Of a stretch of 64,000 nt of DNA, positions 60,237-64,000 are shown one piece after another; within the stretch, counting starts at the first letter, position 1, and every line of letters begins with the position of its first letter. The notes beneath the pieces were generated by a model. That model made no database searches. It was not told the DNA's origin and saw only the letters and a list, made by a program, of their open reading frames with translations. The DNA comes from Chiloscyllium plagiosum (taxonomy: Eukaryota): the NCBI RefSeq assembly GCF_004010195.1, contig NC_057719.1, positions 16,573,532 through 16,637,531 on the forward strand, read 5' to 3'. A program made the translations under genes and the position numbers.

Positions 60237-62039
60237 CCCAGAGAGGTAGACAAACTATCACTGGACAAATAAAAGAATGAATCCTCTGGAAAAGGCCTCA
60301 GTTACCCCCTCAGGTAATTGAAGTCAATGAAGAGATCACGCAGACCAAGTCTTTTCTGTAAAGACATTATTGTTTGTTAGAATTAAGCAGCTGAGCTAAG
60401 TAGATGGAGTTAAGATCAGTCACAGTCCAATCGAATGATAGAAGATCAAGGAGCTGAATAGCTGACTCATATTCATCCATTCCTTACCTTCAAATATGAT
60501 GTGGATGTGATCTCTGCCTCTTGCTGGTTCAATTTTTAGCCATCATTCCCACATCATTTGGAATGTCTTCCAAATGATCTCCCAATTTTTTTCCTCCTTC
60601 ATTGCCATCAAAAGCTTATGAATGCAGGCCTGCCTTAGTTGGGAGCAGTCAGCCTAACATTCAAGTCAATGAAACAAAAGATCCCCTGAGGGCAAAAGAA
60701 AAGATCCCTTGTCCGGAACTCTGTTGCACACCCTGAATTGGTTTAGTGACGTTACTTCCACACAAACATTGATACTGCTGTCTACACGGTACCACTCAGG
60801 GAGGCACCAATATTATCATTCCTCCAATGACACCGCTTCTCTGGTGTTTAATATTCTTCACTTCTGATCCTGATCATCATGTGAGGATAAGCCAGTTACT
60901 AGTTTGTTGATACTCTCACTGTTAAGTATCTTCATGAAAGAAACCTGTCGAGAATCCCAGAAATGTAGCTGCTTGATGTTCAAGTCACAATATAATTAAT
61001 AAGTTCTGAAGAACCGTGGAAATCCACCCAGCAGAGGGAGGAGAAGAGAAGAAAAAAGTGAAATACAAAATTGCTGCTGCTCCAACTATACATACCCCAT
61101 GAATCAAAATGTTATAATTTTCAAGTAGGTGGTGCAGTTTGGTTTGTAGACCTTGCTTGCCATGATCTGGCATAAGTCAGCATTGCTATTCCACCTCACA
61201 CACCACCATTAACAAGATAATCTTATCACTTATCTTGCTCGCTGGGTGTGAAACGTCATGTACATTGTGGGCATTGTATTTGTCCATGTAACAATAGTGA
61301 ATTCATCTCAAAGGCATTTCATTGGTTATGAAGCAATTCAGCTATGCCCTGAGAATGTGGTCAGATACCTTTATCATTCTGGGTTCTTTCTCCCATTCCA
61401 TAAGAGCTCTTGAGTTCCACTCTGTCTTTAACTGCAGCCGTGACTGTACTATTAATGTTCATTCTGTACTTCGATTGTATCCCTTCCAGTGAAATGATGA
61501 GGCTTTTTTTTTTACAATTTCTGAACTCCCTAAGCCACACAAATACCTTATGACATTTTGTGCTGACCTACACCGAAGTGATTTGTTTTCATTGCCCTGC
61601 CTAAGGAACATAATGTTCAACCGAGTTCTGTGGCTGGGGTGTTATTAAAATGAAAACAGTCGATATTGCATCTCTATCACAGAAGAAAACCTATCAAGCT
61701 GTTCCTCAATTTGCAGAAAACAACATCCTTGATGCTTGCACAAATATCTCCCAGTTGTTATTGTCACGGGCTGGCTGGGTTTGGGGCAATACAATGAGAC
61801 TCCATACATTAGAAGGGCAGGAGAACTAAAAAGGGCAGGTTTGTTATTCCTGCTCACATTCCACGGAGCGTACTTGAGACTGCTGAATGAGAGCAGCATC
61901 CGCCCGATTATCAAGTTGCCAATTAGAAAATGTTTGGAATTAAAGCTCATGTTTGGAGGGGAGAGCTACATTGACTCTTTTACTGCACAGAATAGCACCA
62001 TTTAGCTGATCAGCCCATTGCCGGTGTTGTGCTGCACTC

Positions 62040-62620
62040 AGGTCAGACCACAGCTGGAATACTGTGAACTGTTCTGGGCCCCTGTATCTTAGCAAAGATA
62101 TACTGACATTGGAGTCAGTCCAGAGAATGTTCACAAGGCTGATACCAAGAAGAGAGGAGAGGATAAGTGAGTGGTACGAATAGAACTCGGAGTGTTGAAG
62201 AATGAGAGGTGACCTTATTGAAACATAGAGGTTACTTAGGGAACAATAAAACAAAGGATGACAGATGCTGAAGATCTGAAACAAAACCAGAACTTACCAG
62301 AGAAACTCAGCAGGTCTGGCAGCATCTGTGGAGAGAAAACAGTGTTAACACTTCAACTCCAGTGACTTTCTTCAGAACTCAGATTTTTAGGGGACTTGAC
62401 AGGGTAGATGTGGAAAAGTTGCCTCTATTTGTGGGTGGGTTCCATAACCAGAGAGCATAATCTCAGATTGAGGGATCACCCATCTAAGACAGACCTGAGG
62501 AGGAACTTCCTCTTCTCAGGAGGTAGTGAATCTGGAATTATATAACTCAGAGGGCTGTTGAGGCTGGGTTATTAAATCGATTTAGTACTGAGATAGGCAA
62601 ATTTTTATTTTGGGGATCTC
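62040..62620 (+). mobile_element. Degenerate CR1 3' fragment interrupted by a PLE D terminus
   Basis: GGTCAGACCACAGCTGGAATACTGTG...GAGGTGACCTTATTGAAAC...GACTTGACAGGGTAGATG. Confidence 0.8.
62245..62380 (-). mobile_element. PLE family D terminus with tail
   Basis: CAGATGCTGAAGATCTGAAACAAAA...CTCAGCAGGTCTGGCAGCATCTGTGGAGAG...CCAGTGACTTTCTTCAGAAC. Confidence 0.78.
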
Positions 62621-62654
62621 TGGGACACCCACACCAACCAACCCCACTGTCCGA

Positions 62655-63227
62655 TGGCTGTACAGGACATTTGTTAGGCCACTTTTGGAATATTGTGTGC
62701 AATTCTGGTCTCCTTCCAATCAGCAGGATGTTGTGGAACTTGAAAGAGTTCAGAAAAGATATACAAGGATGTTGCCAGGGTTGGAGGATTTGAGCTATGA
62801 GGAGAGGCTGAATATGCTGGGGCTGTTTTCCCTGGAGCGTCGGACTGAGGGTGACCTTACAGAGGTTTACAAAATTATGAGGGACATGGATAAGATAAAT
62901 AGACAAAGTCTTTTCCCAGAGGTTGGAGAGTCCAGAATTAGAGGGCATAGGTTTGGGGTGAGAGGGGAAAGATATAAAAGAGACCTAAGTGGCAAATTTT
63001 CATGCAGAGGGTGTATGTGTGTGGAATGAGCTGCCAAAGGAAGTGGTGGAGACTAGTACAATTGCAACATTTAAGAGGCATCTTGATAAGTATATGAATA
63101 GGAAGGGTTTGCAGGGATATGGGCTGGGTGCTGGCAAGGGACTAGATTGATTTGGGATATCTGGTTGGCATGAACGAGTTGGACCAAAGGGTCTGTTTCC
63201 ATGCTGTATATCTCTATGATTCTATGA
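62655..63227 (+). mobile_element. CR1/HER1 LINE 3' fragment
   Basis: LYRTFVRPLLEYCVQFWSP...LERVQKRYTRMLPG; tail TCTATGATTCTATGA. Confidence 0.9.
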
Positions 63228-63724
63228 CCGTATGAACTCCCCCTCCCACTCTGCCAAAGACATGCTGGTCCTGGGCCTCCTTCAGCAAACCCTAACCACC
63301 CAACGCCTGGAGGAAGAGCGCCTCATATTCCGCCTTGGGATGCTGCAACCACACAGGATCAATGTCGATTTCACCAGTTTCCTCATTTCCCCTTCACCCA
63401 TATTATCCCAGTCCCAAGCCGCCATTTCGGCACTGCCCTCTTGACCTGTCCATCACCTTTCCCATCTATCCGCTCCACCCTCCTCTCTGATCTATCACCT
63501 TCTTCCCCCACCTTCATCTATCTATGGCATTCTCAGCTACCTTCCCCCAATCCTACCCCCCTTCCATTTATCTCCCAGCCCCCAGCCCATGAGCCTCATT
63601 CCTGTTGAAGGGCTTGTGCACAAAACATCGATTCTCCTTCTCCTCGGATGCTGCCTGACCCGCCGTGCTTTTGCAGCACCACACTCTTGACTCTGATCTC
63701 CAGCATCTGCAGTCCTCACTTTTG
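63228..63724 (+). mobile_element. PLE family A 3' portion with GIY-YIG C-terminus and decayed hammerhead
   Basis: NSPSHSAKDMLVLGLL...QRLEEERLIFRLGMLQPHRINVDF; attc-CTGTTGA-A-GGGC...AAAA-CA-TC-gatt; family A tail. Confidence 0.85.
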
Positions 63725-64000
63725 GTATTGGATGGTGAACAGTCGTGCATGAAACAATACCACTCAGGAGAGAAATTGGTGGAATGGGCAGAAAGGGGTG
63801 GAATTTGGCAAAATAACCCTTTTCTTCTGACCTTTGGTGCCAAAACTTTGTCAGTAATGGGGGAGCTTTGACTTTTGCCTCACTTTTGAATCTCAATTTC
63901 TTGCCATTTGGTTGTGTGTTGCTGCTGAAATCACCATTCATGTTTTTAACCAGTGTTCTGGTTTGGTCGGGGTGGTGGGTAACTATTTTATGCGTAAAGA

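Noticed and set aside
61645..62005. Overlapping 89-101 aa ORFs in unique sequence
   Set aside because: No domain similarity, splice signals or codon pattern supporting coding status.

Overview
Eukaryotic, repeat-dense non-coding DNA from a cartilaginous fish. The organism is inferred from abundant HE1/V-SINEs with HER1/CR1-type LINEs; the species cannot be fixed from this window. I found no supportable host protein-coding exon, so this is probably a large intron or intergenic region. Every convincing ORF is retroelement-derived: a near full-length decayed CR1 LINE (ORF1 zinc-finger/esterase, ORF2 APE+RT) at 50556-55862, a 5'-truncated CR1 at 23192-25386, and Penelope-like element (PLE) RT/GIY-YIG fragments. 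The most striking pattern is a set of at least four PLE families whose 3' ends carry minimal hammerhead-ribozyme motifs. They are repeatedly inserted as fold-back (inverted) structures with a one-sided 30-42 nt tail and mostly 12-14 bp target-site duplications (TSDs), including a palindrome nested inside a palindrome (38964-40990). Also present: a tRNA-Trp pseudogene, a non-PLE 56-bp inverted duplication, tandem duplications, one 187-N gap and several enhancer-like stretches. Family names come from recalled consensus sequences, not from database searches.
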